DNA from: Desulfurivibrio sp.
Lineage (GTDB): Bacteria; Desulfobacterota; Desulfobulbia; Desulfobulbales; Desulfurivibrionaceae
DNA length: 64,000 nt
Direction of reading: 5' to 3'
Assembly: GCA_034522365.1 (NCBI GenBank)
Contig: JAXHLI010000011.1
Location: forward strand, 61,766 to 125,765
Positions 18,206 through 28,736 of this stretch are shown piece after piece. Below the pieces are notes generated by a model, which made no database searches, was not told the DNA's origin, and saw nothing but the letters and a program-made list of their open reading frames with translations. Numbering within the stretch: the first letter of the stretch is position 1; each line of letters opens with the position of its first letter. Position numbers and translations under genes: made by a program.

Positions 18206-20050
18206 ATGACTTCTCCTTCCACGGTTTACGATGAATCCAAGATCAAAACCCTAAGCTCGCTGGAGCATATCCGGATGCGGCCGGGGATGTATATCGGCCG
18301 GCTGGGTAACGGCAGCCATCCCGACGACGGGATCTATATCCTGCTCAAGGAGGTTATCGATAATGGGGTGGACGAGTTTATCATGGGGGCCGGACGCACC
18401 ATCGACATCGCCCTGGCCGATGACAATGTGGTGACTATCCGTGACTACGGCCGTGGGATCCCGCTGGGCAAACTGGTGGAATGCGTTTCGGTAATCAACA
18501 CCGGCGCCAAGTACAACACCGACGCCTTCCAGTTTTCGGTGGGGCTCAACGGGGTGGGGACCAAGGCGGTCAACGCCATGTCCAGCCGTTTTGTCGTGAC
18601 CTCTTTTCGGGACGGCGAGTTCGCCAGGGCCGAATTTGCCCAGGGGGTGCTGGTCAACCAGGAGAACGGCCGTGGCCGGGCGCAAAACGGCACCCTGGTG
18701 GAGTTCCAGCCCGATGGTGAGATGTTTCCCGATTACTCCTTTAATCGTGATTTTATCCGTCGCCGCTTAAAGCGCTACAGCTATCTCAACGCCGGCTTGA
18801 CCCTTAATTTCGACGGCGAGAGCTTCTATTCCGAAAACGGCCTGCTGGACCTGCTGGCCAGTGAAACCAGCGGCACCTCGCTGTATGAGCCCATCTACCA
18901 CCGGGAAAAGACCGTGGAGTTCGCCTTTTCCCATACCGACGGCTACAGCGAGTCCTATTTTTCCTTTGTCAACGGTACTTACACCGCCGAGGGTGGTACC
19001 CATCTTTCCGCTTTTCGGGAAGGGTTGCTCAAGGGGGTCAACGAGTACGCCGGCAAGAAATTCGATGGCGCCGATGTCCGGGAAGGAGTGGTGGGCGCGG
19101 TGGCGGTCAAGGTGCGGGAGCCGATCTTTGAATCCCAGACCAAGAACAAGCTCGGCAACGCCGATATCCGTGGCGAGATCGTGTCCGCGGTGCGGGAGGC
19201 GGTCAGCGCCTTTCTCTACAAGAATACCGATATCGCCGAGCTGGTCATCGACAAGATCCAGCAGAGCGCCCGGGTGCGCAAAGAGTTGCAGCATGTCCGC
19301 AAGGAGGCCAAGGCCAAGGCCCGCAAGGTGGCCCTCAAGATTCCCCAGCTCAAGGACTGCAAATATCATCCGGCGCCGGGCAAACCTTCGCCGGCGGGGC
19401 GGGAAAACATGGTATTTCTGACCGAGGGGCAGTCGGCCTCCGGTTCCATCGTCAGCGCCCGCGATCCCATGACCCAGGCGGTTTTTTCCCTCAAGGGCAA
19501 GCCCCTGAATGTCTTCGGCCAGCCCCTGGCGCTGCTGTATAAAAACGATGAGATGTACAATATCATGCGGGCCCTGGATATCGAGGAGTCCATCGGCCGG
19601 TTGCGTTTCGACAAGATCATCATCGCCACCGACGCCGATGTCGACGGCCTGCATATCCGCAACCTGCTGCTGACCTTTTTCCTCCATTACTTTGAGTCGC
19701 TGGTCAAGCGCGGCCATGTCTATATCCTGGAGACCCCGATCTACCGGGTGCGCAACAAGGAGCAGACCTTTTACTGCTACACCGAAAAGGAGCGCCGGGA
19801 GGCCGACCAGAAACTGGCCGGCCGTGGCAAAACGCGCCGGCCGGTGGAAGTGACCCGCTTCAAGGGGCTGGGGGAGATCTCGCCCAAGGAGTTCAAGCAG
19901 TTCATTGGCGCGGAGATGCGGCTTCAACAGGTGGATATCGATATCCTGAGCGAGGTGCCCCGGGTACTGGAGTTTTACATGGGCAAGAATACCCCCGACC
20001 GCCGGGAGTATATTATGTCGCATCTGGTGGTGGACCCCACCCCGGCTTAG
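18206..20050 (+). CDS. parE: Type IIA topoisomerase subunit B (divergent topoisomerase IV clade)
   Basis: HIRMRPGMYIG, EVIDNGVDE, DYGRGIP, GLNGVG, TEGQSA, LKGKPLN, TDADVDG, RFKGLGE. Confidence 0.9.
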   Translation: MTSPSTVYDESKIKTLSSLEHIRMRPGMYIGRLGNGSHPDDGIYILLKEVIDNGVDEFIMGAGRTIDIALADDNVVTIRDYGRGIPLGKLVECVSVINTGAKYNTDAFQFSVGLNGVGTKAVNAMSSRFVVTSFRDGEFARAEFAQGVLVNQENGRGRAQNGTLVEFQPDGEMFPDYSFNRDFIRRRLKRYSYLNAGLTLNFDGESFYSENGLLDLLASETSGTSLYEPIYHREKTVEFAFSHTDGYSESYFSFVNGTYTAEGGTHLSAFREGLLKGVNEYAGKKFDGADVREGVVGAVAVKVREPIFESQTKNKLGNADIRGEIVSAVREAVSAFLYKNTDIAELVIDKIQQSARVRKELQHVRKEAKAKARKVALKIPQLKDCKYHPAPGKPSPAGRENMVFLTEGQSASGSIVSARDPMTQAVFSLKGKPLNVFGQPLALLYKNDEMYNIMRALDIEESIGRLRFDKIIIATDADVDGLHIRNLLLTFFLHYFESLVKRGHVYILETPIYRVRNKEQTFYCYTEKERREADQKLAGRGKTRRPVEVTRFKGLGEISPKEFKQFIGAEMRLQQVDIDILSEVPRVLEFYMGKNTPDRREYIMSHLVVDPTPA

Positions 20051-20116
20051 GCAGGCAAGCAGAAGCGCCGCACCTTCGGGGAGGGGATGACCGGTAATAA
20101 CTGAACGGGATTGTTT

Positions 20117-22111
20117 ATGGCAACCGCCCAATACGGGGAGCTGCACCGGCTCTTTGACGAAAATTTTCTCGATTACACCTCCTACGTGATCCGGGAGCGG
20201 GCGATTCCCGATCTGGCCGACGGGCTCAAGCCGGTCCAGCGGCGGATCCTGCAGACCCTGCACAACATGGACGACGGCCGCTTCCACAAGGTGGCCAACG
20301 TGGTGGGGGAGACCATGAAGCTGCACCCCCACGGCGATGCCTCGATCTTCGCCGCCCTGGTCAACCTGGCCAACAAGGGCTATCTGATCGACCGCCAGGG
20401 CAATTTTGGCAATGTCCACACCGGCGATGGCGCTTCCGCTCCCCGCTATATCGAGTGCCGGCTCTCCCCTCTGGCTCGGGAGACCATGTTCAACAAGGAA
20501 CTCACCGAGTTCATCGACTCCTATGACGGCCGAATGAAGGAGCCGGTGAGCCTGCCGGCCAGGCTGCCGCTGTTGCTGCTGCAGGGGGCCGACGGCATCG
20601 CGGTGGGGATGGCCACCAAGATCATGCCCCATAATTTTGCTGAACTGCTCACCGCCCAGAAGCAGATTCTGCGGGAGGAGCCCTTTGAACTGCTCCCCGA
20701 TTTTCCCCAGGGCGGCCTGCTCGATGCCTCCGGCTACGAGGATGGCAATGGCCGCCTGCGCTGCCGGGCCCGGATCGAAACCCAGGATGACAAGACCATT
20801 GTTATCCGTGATATTCCCTACGGCACCACCACCCAGAGCCTGATCGAAAGCGTCGAGAAGGCGGCCCGGGCCGGTAAATTCAAGATTCTCTCCATCGACG
20901 ACTATACCGCCGAGGAGGTGGAGATCGAAATCAAGCTGGCCCGGGGCTTCAAGGCCGAGGAGACCATCAAGGCCCTGTACGCCTTCACCGATTGTGAAAT
21001 CTCCATCAGCCCCAACCTGACGGTAATCCGGGAGCAGACCCCGGCGATCGTGACGGTAAGCGAGGTGCTGCGGGAAAACACCGTCCGCTTGCGGCAACTG
21101 CTCAAAAAAGAGCTGGAGCTTGATCTGTCCCGGCTGCAGGAAAAATTGCAGGCCCGGCTGCTGGAGCAGATCTTTATCGAGGAGCGGCTCTACAAGCAGA
21201 TCGAGGAGTGCCCGAGCCTGGCGGTGGTGCTGACCACCATCGACGAGGCCCTCAAACCCTTTGCCGGGGAACTGGTACGGCCGGTGAGTCGCGAGGATCT
21301 CGAACGGCTGCTGGAGATCCGCATCAAACGGATTTCCCGCTACGATATCGAGCGCCAGAAAAAGGAGATCAAGGGGATTCGCAAGGATATCCTGGCGGTG
21401 GAGAAGAACCTGGCCGATCTCACCGGTTATGCCATCCGTTTCCTCGATGACCTGCTCAAACGTTACGGCCCGGAATACCCCCGCCGCACCGAATTGGCCT
21501 CCTTCAGGGAAGTACAGGCCAGCCAGGTGGCCCTCAACAACCTGAGCCTGGCCTACGATCCGGAAAGCGGTTTTCTGGGCACCCAGGTCAAGGCCCCGGC
21601 GGAGAATCGGCTGGCCTGCTCCGAGTACGACAAGATCCTGTTGATCTCCCGCAGCGGCTGGTACAAGGTGGTGGCGGTGCCGGACAAGATCTTTGTCGGC
21701 CATGACCTGGTGTGGTGGGGCAAGGCCGCCGAGAAGACGATTTTCAACCTGATCTACCGGGACGGGGAGCAGAATCTCTGCTACGTCAAGCGCTTTACCA
21801 CCCCCAAATTTATCCTCGACAAGGAATACCGGCTCTTTGCCGAGCACCAGCGCTCGGAGATTATTTTCCTGAAAACCGGCGCCGGGGTCAATATTCGGGC
21901 CCATCTGGCGCCCTCGCCGCGCAGCCGGAGAAATCGCGAGGTCTTCCGTCTGGATGATTTTCTGCTCAAGGGAGTCGGGGCCATCGGTAAGCGGCTCTCC
22001 CCCCGACCAGTGCGCCGGGTTGAGGAAGTCAGCGAAGCGGTGGCCACCAAGGCCCTGGGAGCCGGTAACGACGAAGAGCCCTCGCCCCAGTCGCCACTTT
22101 TTGGCAACTGA
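20117..22111 (+). CDS. parC: Type IIA topoisomerase subunit A (divergent topoisomerase IV clade)
   Basis: RAIPDLADGLKPVQRR, HPHGD, QGNFG, catalytic APRYIE; short CTD with no GyrA box seen. Confidence 0.9.
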   Translation: MATAQYGELHRLFDENFLDYTSYVIRERAIPDLADGLKPVQRRILQTLHNMDDGRFHKVANVVGETMKLHPHGDASIFAALVNLANKGYLIDRQGNFGNVHTGDGASAPRYIECRLSPLARETMFNKELTEFIDSYDGRMKEPVSLPARLPLLLLQGADGIAVGMATKIMPHNFAELLTAQKQILREEPFELLPDFPQGGLLDASGYEDGNGRLRCRARIETQDDKTIVIRDIPYGTTTQSLIESVEKAARAGKFKILSIDDYTAEEVEIEIKLARGFKAEETIKALYAFTDCEISISPNLTVIREQTPAIVTVSEVLRENTVRLRQLLKKELELDLSRLQEKLQARLLEQIFIEERLYKQIEECPSLAVVLTTIDEALKPFAGELVRPVSREDLERLLEIRIKRISRYDIERQKKEIKGIRKDILAVEKNLADLTGYAIRFLDDLLKRYGPEYPRRTELASFREVQASQVALNNLSLAYDPESGFLGTQVKAPAENRLACSEYDKILLISRSGWYKVVAVPDKIFVGHDLVWWGKAAEKTIFNLIYRDGEQNLCYVKRFTTPKFILDKEYRLFAEHQRSEIIFLKTGAGVNIRAHLAPSPRSRRNREVFRLDDFLLKGVGAIGKRLSPRPVRRVEEVSEAVATKALGAGNDEEPSPQSPLFGN

Positions 22112-22284
22112 ACGTCCCCTTGTGCCGTGGACTACCGCTGGTTTATGTGGTAGAATCCGCATAGCCATAGGGGCCTGTCGCTGGACGTTTACAACAAAAG
22201 GAGTAAAATTTCGTGTGTCAAATCACTGAAAATCATCGACCCACCCCGGTGGTCCATTTTGGCGGGTACGTGGTCGAGGCGGCC

Positions 22285-23199
22285 ATGGTCCGTTTTCTCT
22301 GCGGTCTGTTCCTGGCGGCTCTGTTTGTAATGCTGGGGGTTCTGCGCTGGCCGATGGCCGAGCATCCCCTTGACGTCTTCTACCCGCAAACCGGGGTGCG
22401 ATTTGTGGAGGTTGAAAACAGTCGCGCCCTGGAAGAGCAGTTGCGTCGCCTGGGGCTCTGGGAGTTGGAAGGGAAACGGCAAGTGGTGCCGGTGGTCTTT
22501 AATTCGCTGCCCGACGATATGGGCCAGTTGCGGGCCGAGACCCGTAAGCGCCTTTTTCTCCACGCCCTGGTACCCACCGCCCTGGTGGCCCTGGCCGAAG
22601 TGGAGCGGGAACGGACGGAGCTGTTACGGCTTGGTGACCGGTTGGCAGCGGGGCCATGTGAACTGGCAGAGTTGCTGGCCGGTGAAGTCGGCGCCGAGCA
22701 GTGCGGGTTGACCGCGGCCGAGGGTGATTTCCTGGTGGCGCTCAGCGCCAAATATCGCAGTCGGCAACTGGCCGGGCTGCGTCAGCGGGTCGCCGGCTTA
22801 CCCTTGAGCCTGATTCTGGCCCAGGCCGCCATCGAGTCCTCCTGGGGAACTTCCCGTTTTGCCCGGGAAGGCGGCAATCTCTTCGGTATCTGGACCTGGG
22901 ACGGCAGCGGCATGGTGCCGGCCGACCGGGCTGCCGGGAAGACCCACCGGGTGGCGGAACACGGGACCACTCTGGAGTCGGTGCGCTCCTACCTGTTGAT
23001 GATCAACCGGGTGGGGGCCTATCGTACCCTCCGGGAGATCCGCCGGGAAACTATGGATTCCCTGGAGCTGATTAAAGGCCTGCGTTATTATTCCGAAAAA
23101 CGGGGCCGTTATGTCGACGATCTGGAACGCCTGATCCGGGGCAATCGCCTGCAGCGTTTGGATAAGCTGACCCTGGACAGAACTTTGCTACGGTGGTGA
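22285..23199 (+). CDS. Bax-like glucosaminidase (GH73) domain protein
   Basis: RKRLFL, LAQAAIESSWGTSRFAREGGNLFGIW, YSE..Y; N-terminal TM; start uncertain (22213-22285). Confidence 0.85.
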   Translation: MVRFLCGLFLAALFVMLGVLRWPMAEHPLDVFYPQTGVRFVEVENSRALEEQLRRLGLWELEGKRQVVPVVFNSLPDDMGQLRAETRKRLFLHALVPTALVALAEVERERTELLRLGDRLAAGPCELAELLAGEVGAEQCGLTAAEGDFLVALSAKYRSRQLAGLRQRVAGLPLSLILAQAAIESSWGTSRFAREGGNLFGIWTWDGSGMVPADRAAGKTHRVAEHGTTLESVRSYLLMINRVGAYRTLREIRRETMDSLELIKGLRYYSEKRGRYVDDLERLIRGNRLQRLDKLTLDRTLLRW

Positions 23200-23239
23200 A
23201 CGGTTGTCATGTGCCCAACCTGCCCCGGGAGAATTGCCG

Positions 23240-24298
23240 ATGTGGTACAAAACCCTTGTGTTATCCGTTTTGCTGTTGCTGTGGTCGGCCGTGGGCGTTT
23301 CCCCGGGGCTGGCGGAGTCCTCCCGCGGCGATGCCACCATCCTGATCTATCACCACTTCGGTGATGAGCGCTACCCCACCACCAACGTCGGGATGGACCA
23401 GTTCAAGGAGCAACTGGCCTACCTGGACGAGCAGGACTATAATGTGATCCCCCTGGCGGCACTGGTCGAGATGTTGGCCACCGACACCCCGCTGCCGCCT
23501 AAAACGGTGGTGATCACCGTCGATGACGCCTATCGTAGTACTTACGAGCAGGCCTGGCCGGAACTTAAAAAATATGATTTCCCGTTTACCGTTTTTGTCT
23601 ATGTCGGGGCCCTTGAGAAGGGTTACAGCAACTACCTGAGTTGGGAGCAGGTCGAAGAGATGGCCGCCGCCGGGGTCGATATCCAGGATCACAGCTACTC
23701 CCATCATCGACTGGCGGATTGGCCGGCGGAGATGGATGAAGAAGAGTACCGGAGCTGGATCCGCCGGGATCTACAAAAAGGGCGCAAGATCCTGACGCAG
23801 CGGTTGGGGGAGCCTCCACCTTTCTTTGCCATCCCCTACGGCGAGTACAACCATATTGTCCTTGCTGAGGCCGCCGGGATCGGCTACGAGGCGGTCTTTA
23901 CCCAGGATGCCGGCTCGGTCAGCGATGACACCGATTTGATGATGATCACCCGGGAGCCGATTCTGGGGGAGGACTGGTCCACCCTGGAGCACTTTATCAA
24001 GGTGCTGGAGCGGGTCGATCTGCCCCTGGCCGATTACACCCCGGGCCTGGAGCCGTTGGCCGAGAATCCGCCGCCCATAATCGGCGCCCGGCTGCTCCAC
24101 CCCGAACGTTACCGGCCCGGCACTTTTGGTATCTTTGTCAGCGAGTTAGGCTGGCAGCAGGCCACGGTGGAGGGGGATTGCGTTTATATCGAAAACGACA
24201 CCGAACTGGAGCGTCGGACCAACCGGGTGATGATCAGCGCCCGGGAGAAGGAGAGCGGCCGGCTGGCCCTGCGCTACTGGATGCTTACCTCCCCTTGA
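23240..24298 (+). CDS. Exported polysaccharide deacetylase (CE4)
   Basis: Signal peptide; YHHF, ITVDDAY, HSYSH, AIPYGEY. Confidence 0.9.
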   Translation: MWYKTLVLSVLLLLWSAVGVSPGLAESSRGDATILIYHHFGDERYPTTNVGMDQFKEQLAYLDEQDYNVIPLAALVEMLATDTPLPPKTVVITVDDAYRSTYEQAWPELKKYDFPFTVFVYVGALEKGYSNYLSWEQVEEMAAAGVDIQDHSYSHHRLADWPAEMDEEEYRSWIRRDLQKGRKILTQRLGEPPPFFAIPYGEYNHIVLAEAAGIGYEAVFTQDAGSVSDDTDLMMITREPILGEDWSTLEHFIKVLERVDLPLADYTPGLEPLAENPPPIIGARLLHPERYRPGTFGIFVSELGWQQATVEGDCVYIENDTELERRTNRVMISAREKESGRLALRYWMLTSP

Positions 24299-24316
24299 TG
24301 GTTGATTAGATTTTGA

Positions 24317-24370
24317 GTAAACGTTCAGCAGCACCGCTAACCGTGGGCTTAACGGGCCGTAACCGTTTAC
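24317..24370 (+). repeat. GTAAnCGTTCA-family repeat
   Basis: gtaaacgttcagcagcaccgc...ttaacgggccgtaaccgttt. Confidence 0.7.
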
Positions 24371-24460
24371 GTTTTTGACAACTTTGGGCAAAGCGGGTAT
24401 TACCGGCCTCCGGTGGGGATACCGCAAAAGCAAAAATATAAAATTATCATGAGGCGTTAA

Positions 24461-25765
24461 ATGCAGCAGGTGCGGGTTGGGTTGATCGGGTTTGGCACGG
24501 TGGGCAGCGGCACCGCCGAGGTGCTGCGAGTGCAGGCCGAGCGCCTGCGGCGCAAGAGTGGGGCGGATATCCGGTTGGTCCGGGTGGCCGATATCGCCAT
24601 TGAACAGTTGCCGCCGGAGTTTGCCGAAGTCGAGTTGACCCGCGACGCCGGGCAGGTGACTGGGGCTGATGATATCGATATCGTGGTGGAGCTGATCGGC
24701 GGCATCGAGCCGGCCAAGGGTTTTATCCTGCAGGCGATTGCCAGCGGCAAGCAGGTGGTCACCGCCAACAAGGCGCTGATCTCCCAGCATGGCCGGGAGA
24801 TCTTCGCGGCCGCCGCGGCCGCCGGGGTCGAGGTGGGGTTCGAGGCCAGTGTCGGCGGCGGGATCCCGGTGATCAAGGCCCTGAAAGAAGGGCTGGTGGC
24901 CAATCGGATCGAGGAGATCAGCGGTATCATGAATGGTACCGCCAATTATATCTTGAACCGGATGACCGACGAGGGGCTTGATTTCGCCACCGTGCTGGCC
25001 GACGCCCAGGCCCATGGTTACGCCGAGGCCGATCCCAGCTACGATGTTGAAGGAATCGATACCGCCCATAAGCTGGTGATCCTGATGAGTATGGCCTACG
25101 GCGCCCATGTCCGGCTTGAGCAGGTTACCACCGAAGGGATCAGCCAAATCGAGCCGTTGGATATTGAATTTGCCCGGGAATTCGGCTACCGCATCAAGCT
25201 GTTGGCCATCAGCCGTAATCATGGCGATTCCTACGAGGCCCGGGTCCATCCCACCATGGTGCCCAACCATGAACTGCTGGCCAATATCGGCGGGGCCTTC
25301 AACGCCATCCAGTTTCGCGGTGACATGGTCGACGATGTCCTGCTTTACGGTCAGGGGGCCGGCAAGATGCCCACCGGCAGCGCGGTGGTGGCCGATATTG
25401 TCGATATCGCCCGCAATATTCTGCATAATGCGGTCAATCGGGTGCCCAGCCTGGGTTATCTGCCGGACACCTTTGAGGAAATCGAGATCACCCCGCTTAA
25501 GCGGTTGCGCTGCCCCTACTACTTCCGGGTAACGGTGCGAGACAAGCCCGGGGTGCTGTCGGCGATTACCGGTATTTTAGGCCGGCACCAGATCAGTATT
25601 CGCTCGGTATTACAGCATGGCCGCCAGCAGGGCGGCGTGGTGCCGGTGATGTTGCGGGCCTATACCGCCGAAGAAGAGGCGGTGGGCGCGGCCCTGGCGG
25701 AGATCGACGCCCTGGAGGTTTGCGCCGCGCCCACCGTAAAGATCAGAATCATGGACGAAGATTGA
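24461..25765 (+). CDS. hom: Homoserine dehydrogenase with ACT domain
   Basis: GFGTVG, TANKA, EASVGGGIP, NGTANYIL, GYAEADP, DKPGVL. Confidence 0.96.
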   Translation: MQQVRVGLIGFGTVGSGTAEVLRVQAERLRRKSGADIRLVRVADIAIEQLPPEFAEVELTRDAGQVTGADDIDIVVELIGGIEPAKGFILQAIASGKQVVTANKALISQHGREIFAAAAAAGVEVGFEASVGGGIPVIKALKEGLVANRIEEISGIMNGTANYILNRMTDEGLDFATVLADAQAHGYAEADPSYDVEGIDTAHKLVILMSMAYGAHVRLEQVTTEGISQIEPLDIEFAREFGYRIKLLAISRNHGDSYEARVHPTMVPNHELLANIGGAFNAIQFRGDMVDDVLLYGQGAGKMPTGSAVVADIVDIARNILHNAVNRVPSLGYLPDTFEEIEITPLKRLRCPYYFRVTVRDKPGVLSAITGILGRHQISIRSVLQHGRQQGGVVPVMLRAYTAEEEAVGAALAEIDALEVCAAPTVKIRIMDED

Positions 25766-25777
25766 ATTGGTGAAAAG

Positions 25778-27073
25778 ATGAAACATGTAATCCTGGTCGG
25801 CGACGGTATGGGGGATCTGCCGATCCCCGAGTTAGACGGTAAAACCCCGTTGGAAGCGGCTACCACCCCGGTGTCGGACTATCTCGCCGCCAAGGGTGAG
25901 ATCTATCGTTTGCGCACGGTGCCGGAAGGGTTCGCGCCGGGCAGCGACGTCGCCAACCTTTCACTGCTGGGTTACCGGCCGGTGGAATGCTACAGCGGCC
26001 GGGCGCCGCTGGAGGCGGCCAGCATGGGGGTGGAACTGCCCGCCGATGCCATTGCCTTTCGTTGCAATCTGGTCACCCTGGAGCGGGAAGATGACGGGCG
26101 GCTGCTCATGGCCGACTACAGCGCCGGCCATATCGATACCGCCAGCGCCGCCGGCTTGATCAAAATGCTCGATGCCGAATTGGGTAACGAGTACTGCCGT
26201 TTCTATCCCGGAGTCAGCTACCGCCATCTGCTGGTCTGGCGGCGGGATTGCGCCGAGTTGATTACCTCGCCGCCCCATGATCACAGCGGTCGGGATATCA
26301 GTGGCCTTTGGCAGTGCTACCTGCAGGTGCCCGAGTTGGGTGAGGTGGTGGCCAAAGCCACCGAATTGTTGACCGCCGCCCCGGAAAACGCCCGCCGGCG
26401 CCAGCAGGGCCAGAATCCGGCCAACGCCATCTGGCTCTGGGGCGAAGGCAAGCCGCCGGCCATGCAGACCATGCGCAAGCAGTTTGGAGCCAGCGGCGCC
26501 CTGATCTCCGCTGTTGATCTGCTCAAAGGCATCGGAGTCTACGCCGGCATGGAGATTATCGACGTCGAGGGGGCCACTGGTTATCTTGATACCAACTACC
26601 AGGGTAAGGTGGCGGCGGCCCTGGCGGCCCTGGATCGGCACGATCTGGTCTTTGTCCATATAGAGGCCCCCGATGAGGTCTCCCACCAGGGCGATCTGGC
26701 CAACAAGCTCAAGGCGATCGGCGATTTCGATCAGCAGGTGGTGGGCCCCATCCTGGAAGGGCTGCAGCGCCGGGGCGAGGACTTCCGGCTGGCGGTGACC
26801 ATGGATCATTATACGCCGCTGAGTATCCGCACCCACGCCGCCCTGCCGGTGCCCTTCGCCCTTTACGATTCCCGGCAGCACCGTCGCCAGCCCGAGGATT
26901 GCCAGGGTTCCTGCTGGCAGGAGTCGCCGGCCGGCTCTTTTTGTGAAAGCCGGGCCCAGGGCACCCCGATTCTGGTGGATGGGCGCGAGTTCATGCGGCT
27001 GGTGCTGGATCAGACCGACCAGCCGGTGGTGGAAGCGCCGGCCGGTGACGAGGGAGCCGCTGGCGATGAGTGA
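25778..27073 (+). CDS. apgM: ApgM-type cofactor-independent phosphoglycerate mutase / proposed homoserine kinase
   Basis: GDGMGD, PGSDVANLS, GRAPLEA, HIEAPDE..H, DHYTP. Confidence 0.88.
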   Translation: MKHVILVGDGMGDLPIPELDGKTPLEAATTPVSDYLAAKGEIYRLRTVPEGFAPGSDVANLSLLGYRPVECYSGRAPLEAASMGVELPADAIAFRCNLVTLEREDDGRLLMADYSAGHIDTASAAGLIKMLDAELGNEYCRFYPGVSYRHLLVWRRDCAELITSPPHDHSGRDISGLWQCYLQVPELGEVVAKATELLTAAPENARRRQQGQNPANAIWLWGEGKPPAMQTMRKQFGASGALISAVDLLKGIGVYAGMEIIDVEGATGYLDTNYQGKVAAALAALDRHDLVFVHIEAPDEVSHQGDLANKLKAIGDFDQQVVGPILEGLQRRGEDFRLAVTMDHYTPLSIRTHAALPVPFALYDSRQHRRQPEDCQGSCWQESPAGSFCESRAQGTPILVDGREFMRLVLDQTDQPVVEAPAGDEGAAGDE

Positions 27074-27494
27074 CGAATTCGCCCTGGCGGAACCGGTATA
27101 TCGCCACTCCTGCCGGGTGCTTTACGGCGATACCGACGCCGGTGGGGTGGTCTATTACGCCAACTATCTGCGTTTTTGCGAGGCCGCCCGGACCGAGTAC
27201 ATGCGGCAACTGGTGGGCCTGTCCTACCGGGAACTGGAAGAGCGGGGGTTGATCCTGCCGGCGGTGGATTGCCGGTTGCGTTACAAGGCCCCGGCCCGTT
27301 ACGACGATCCCCTGGTGATCGCCACCGCCCTAGTGGAGTTAAAGAAGGTCTCCTGCCGCTTCCATTACCGGATCGAACACCAGGACGGCCGTCTGTTGAC
27401 CCTGGCCTATACCACCCATGCCGTGGTCGATCGCCAGGGCAAGCTGAGCCGTTTTCCCGCCGATATCCTGGCCGCTTTGCGGCAACAGGGGTAA
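27066..27494 (+). CDS. YbgC/FadM-family acyl-CoA thioesterase
   Basis: RVLYGDTDAGGVVYYANYL, PARYDD; ATG 27066 overlaps the apgM end. Confidence 0.9.
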   Translation: MSDEFALAEPVYRHSCRVLYGDTDAGGVVYYANYLRFCEAARTEYMRQLVGLSYRELEERGLILPAVDCRLRYKAPARYDDPLVIATALVELKKVSCRFHYRIEHQDGRLLTLAYTTHAVVDRQGKLSRFPADILAALRQQG

Positions 27495-27566
27495 CGTCAA
27501 AGACCCATCCGGGCAGCGGGGCCGTTTAGCCGGGTGCGGCGGGTTTCGCCCGCCGCTGGCGTTTGC

Positions 27567-28721
27567 TCAGGCCAGGGCCAGCTGATACTTCTTTTTCAAA
27601 TCCACGACTTTGGGCAGATAGCGCCGGGTTTCCCGGTAGGGCAGGTGGCGTACCAGGTGGTTGTAGTTCTGCTGGGGCGAGTTGTGGTTGATGGCCCGGA
27701 TGGCCTGCTGTCGGTCCTCGGCAAAGGCCTTTAGGACGTTGCCGCTGCCGGTGTTGTAGGCGGCGATTACGCAGTACTCACGGCTGGCCGGGTTCTCCAC
27801 CATCTTCAGGTAGCGGCTGTCCAGGATATGGAGATAGGCGGTGCCCATGCGAATATTGTTCTCCGGTACAAAGAGGTAGTCCCGGCTGGGGGTGCCGTCG
27901 CGGTCGTAGAGCAGCCGGTGGGCATCGCGGCCGGCGGTGGTGGGAACGATCTGCATCAGGCCGTAGGCCGGCACATGGCTCATGGCGTAGGGGTTGAAGC
28001 TGCTTTCGGCCTCCATGATGGCGTAGACCAGGGCGGGCTCCTGCTTGAAACGGCGTGAGTTGGTCAGGACGTAGTTCTGAAACTTGAGTTGTTGCTTTTC
28101 GCGGTACTCGCGGAGCATGGCAAAGGTTACGTAGTGGACCGGTTCGCCGTCCACCTGGTCGCTTGCCAGGGCGGTGGCCAGCAGATGCTCGGCGTAGCGC
28201 TCGGCCCGCCACCGCCAGCGGATATATTCACCGTCGTGGTCCGCCACCAACCGGTAGAGAAAGGGTTGGCCGTCGCCTTCGACCTCGTCGGCGCTGAGCA
28301 GATCAACCTTGCTGGGGTCCTCTGGGGTCAGCAGGGTGGCGACAATGGCCTGCTTAAGGGCGGCCTGTGGTTCATTTCGGCGCCGGGTTTCCACCCGGAT
28401 TTCGCCGCTGGCAAAGTCGACCAGTGCCCGGGTGGCAAATTCATCGCTGTACTTGACGTATTCGGTTTCGCTGGCCACCTTCTCGTCGTCCCAGCGGCGG
28501 CGGATTTCCGTGACCAGGTTGGCGAGCTGGCGCTGCAGCAGTTGATCTACTACCGCCACCCCGCTGGTGGGGATTTGCGTGCCGACCGCGCCGGCCACAT
28601 CACCGGCCAGGATCCGATCGGCGGCCCGGAGCCCGCGCTGGATTTCACCGGGGCTGCAACCGGCCAACGGCAGGGCGGCCAGCAGGCTTAAGAAGCGGCG
28701 TCTTGACAGGAGTTGCTGCAT
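27567..28721 (-). CDS. mltC: MltC-like lytic murein transglycosylase (Tat lipoprotein)
   Basis: SRRRFL twin-arginine motif plus LAGC lipobox; AESSFNP, GLMQ, AYNTG, ETRRY. Confidence 0.88.
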   Translation of the reverse strand: MQQLLSRRRFLSLLAALPLAGCSPGEIQRGLRAADRILAGDVAGAVGTQIPTSGVAVVDQLLQRQLANLVTEIRRRWDDEKVASETEYVKYSDEFATRALVDFASGEIRVETRRRNEPQAALKQAIVATLLTPEDPSKVDLLSADEVEGDGQPFLYRLVADHDGEYIRWRWRAERYAEHLLATALASDQVDGEPVHYVTFAMLREYREKQQLKFQNYVLTNSRRFKQEPALVYAIMEAESSFNPYAMSHVPAYGLMQIVPTTAGRDAHRLLYDRDGTPSRDYLFVPENNIRMGTAYLHILDSRYLKMVENPASREYCVIAAYNTGSGNVLKAFAEDRQQAIRAINHNSPQQNYNHLVRHLPYRETRRYLPKVVDLKKKYQLALA

Positions 28722-28736
28722 AACAAAGGCTTGCTT

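Noticed and set aside
18767-22168. 1133-aa minus-strand ORF
   Set aside because: Antisense shadow of parE/parC in GC-rich DNA; no domain motifs.
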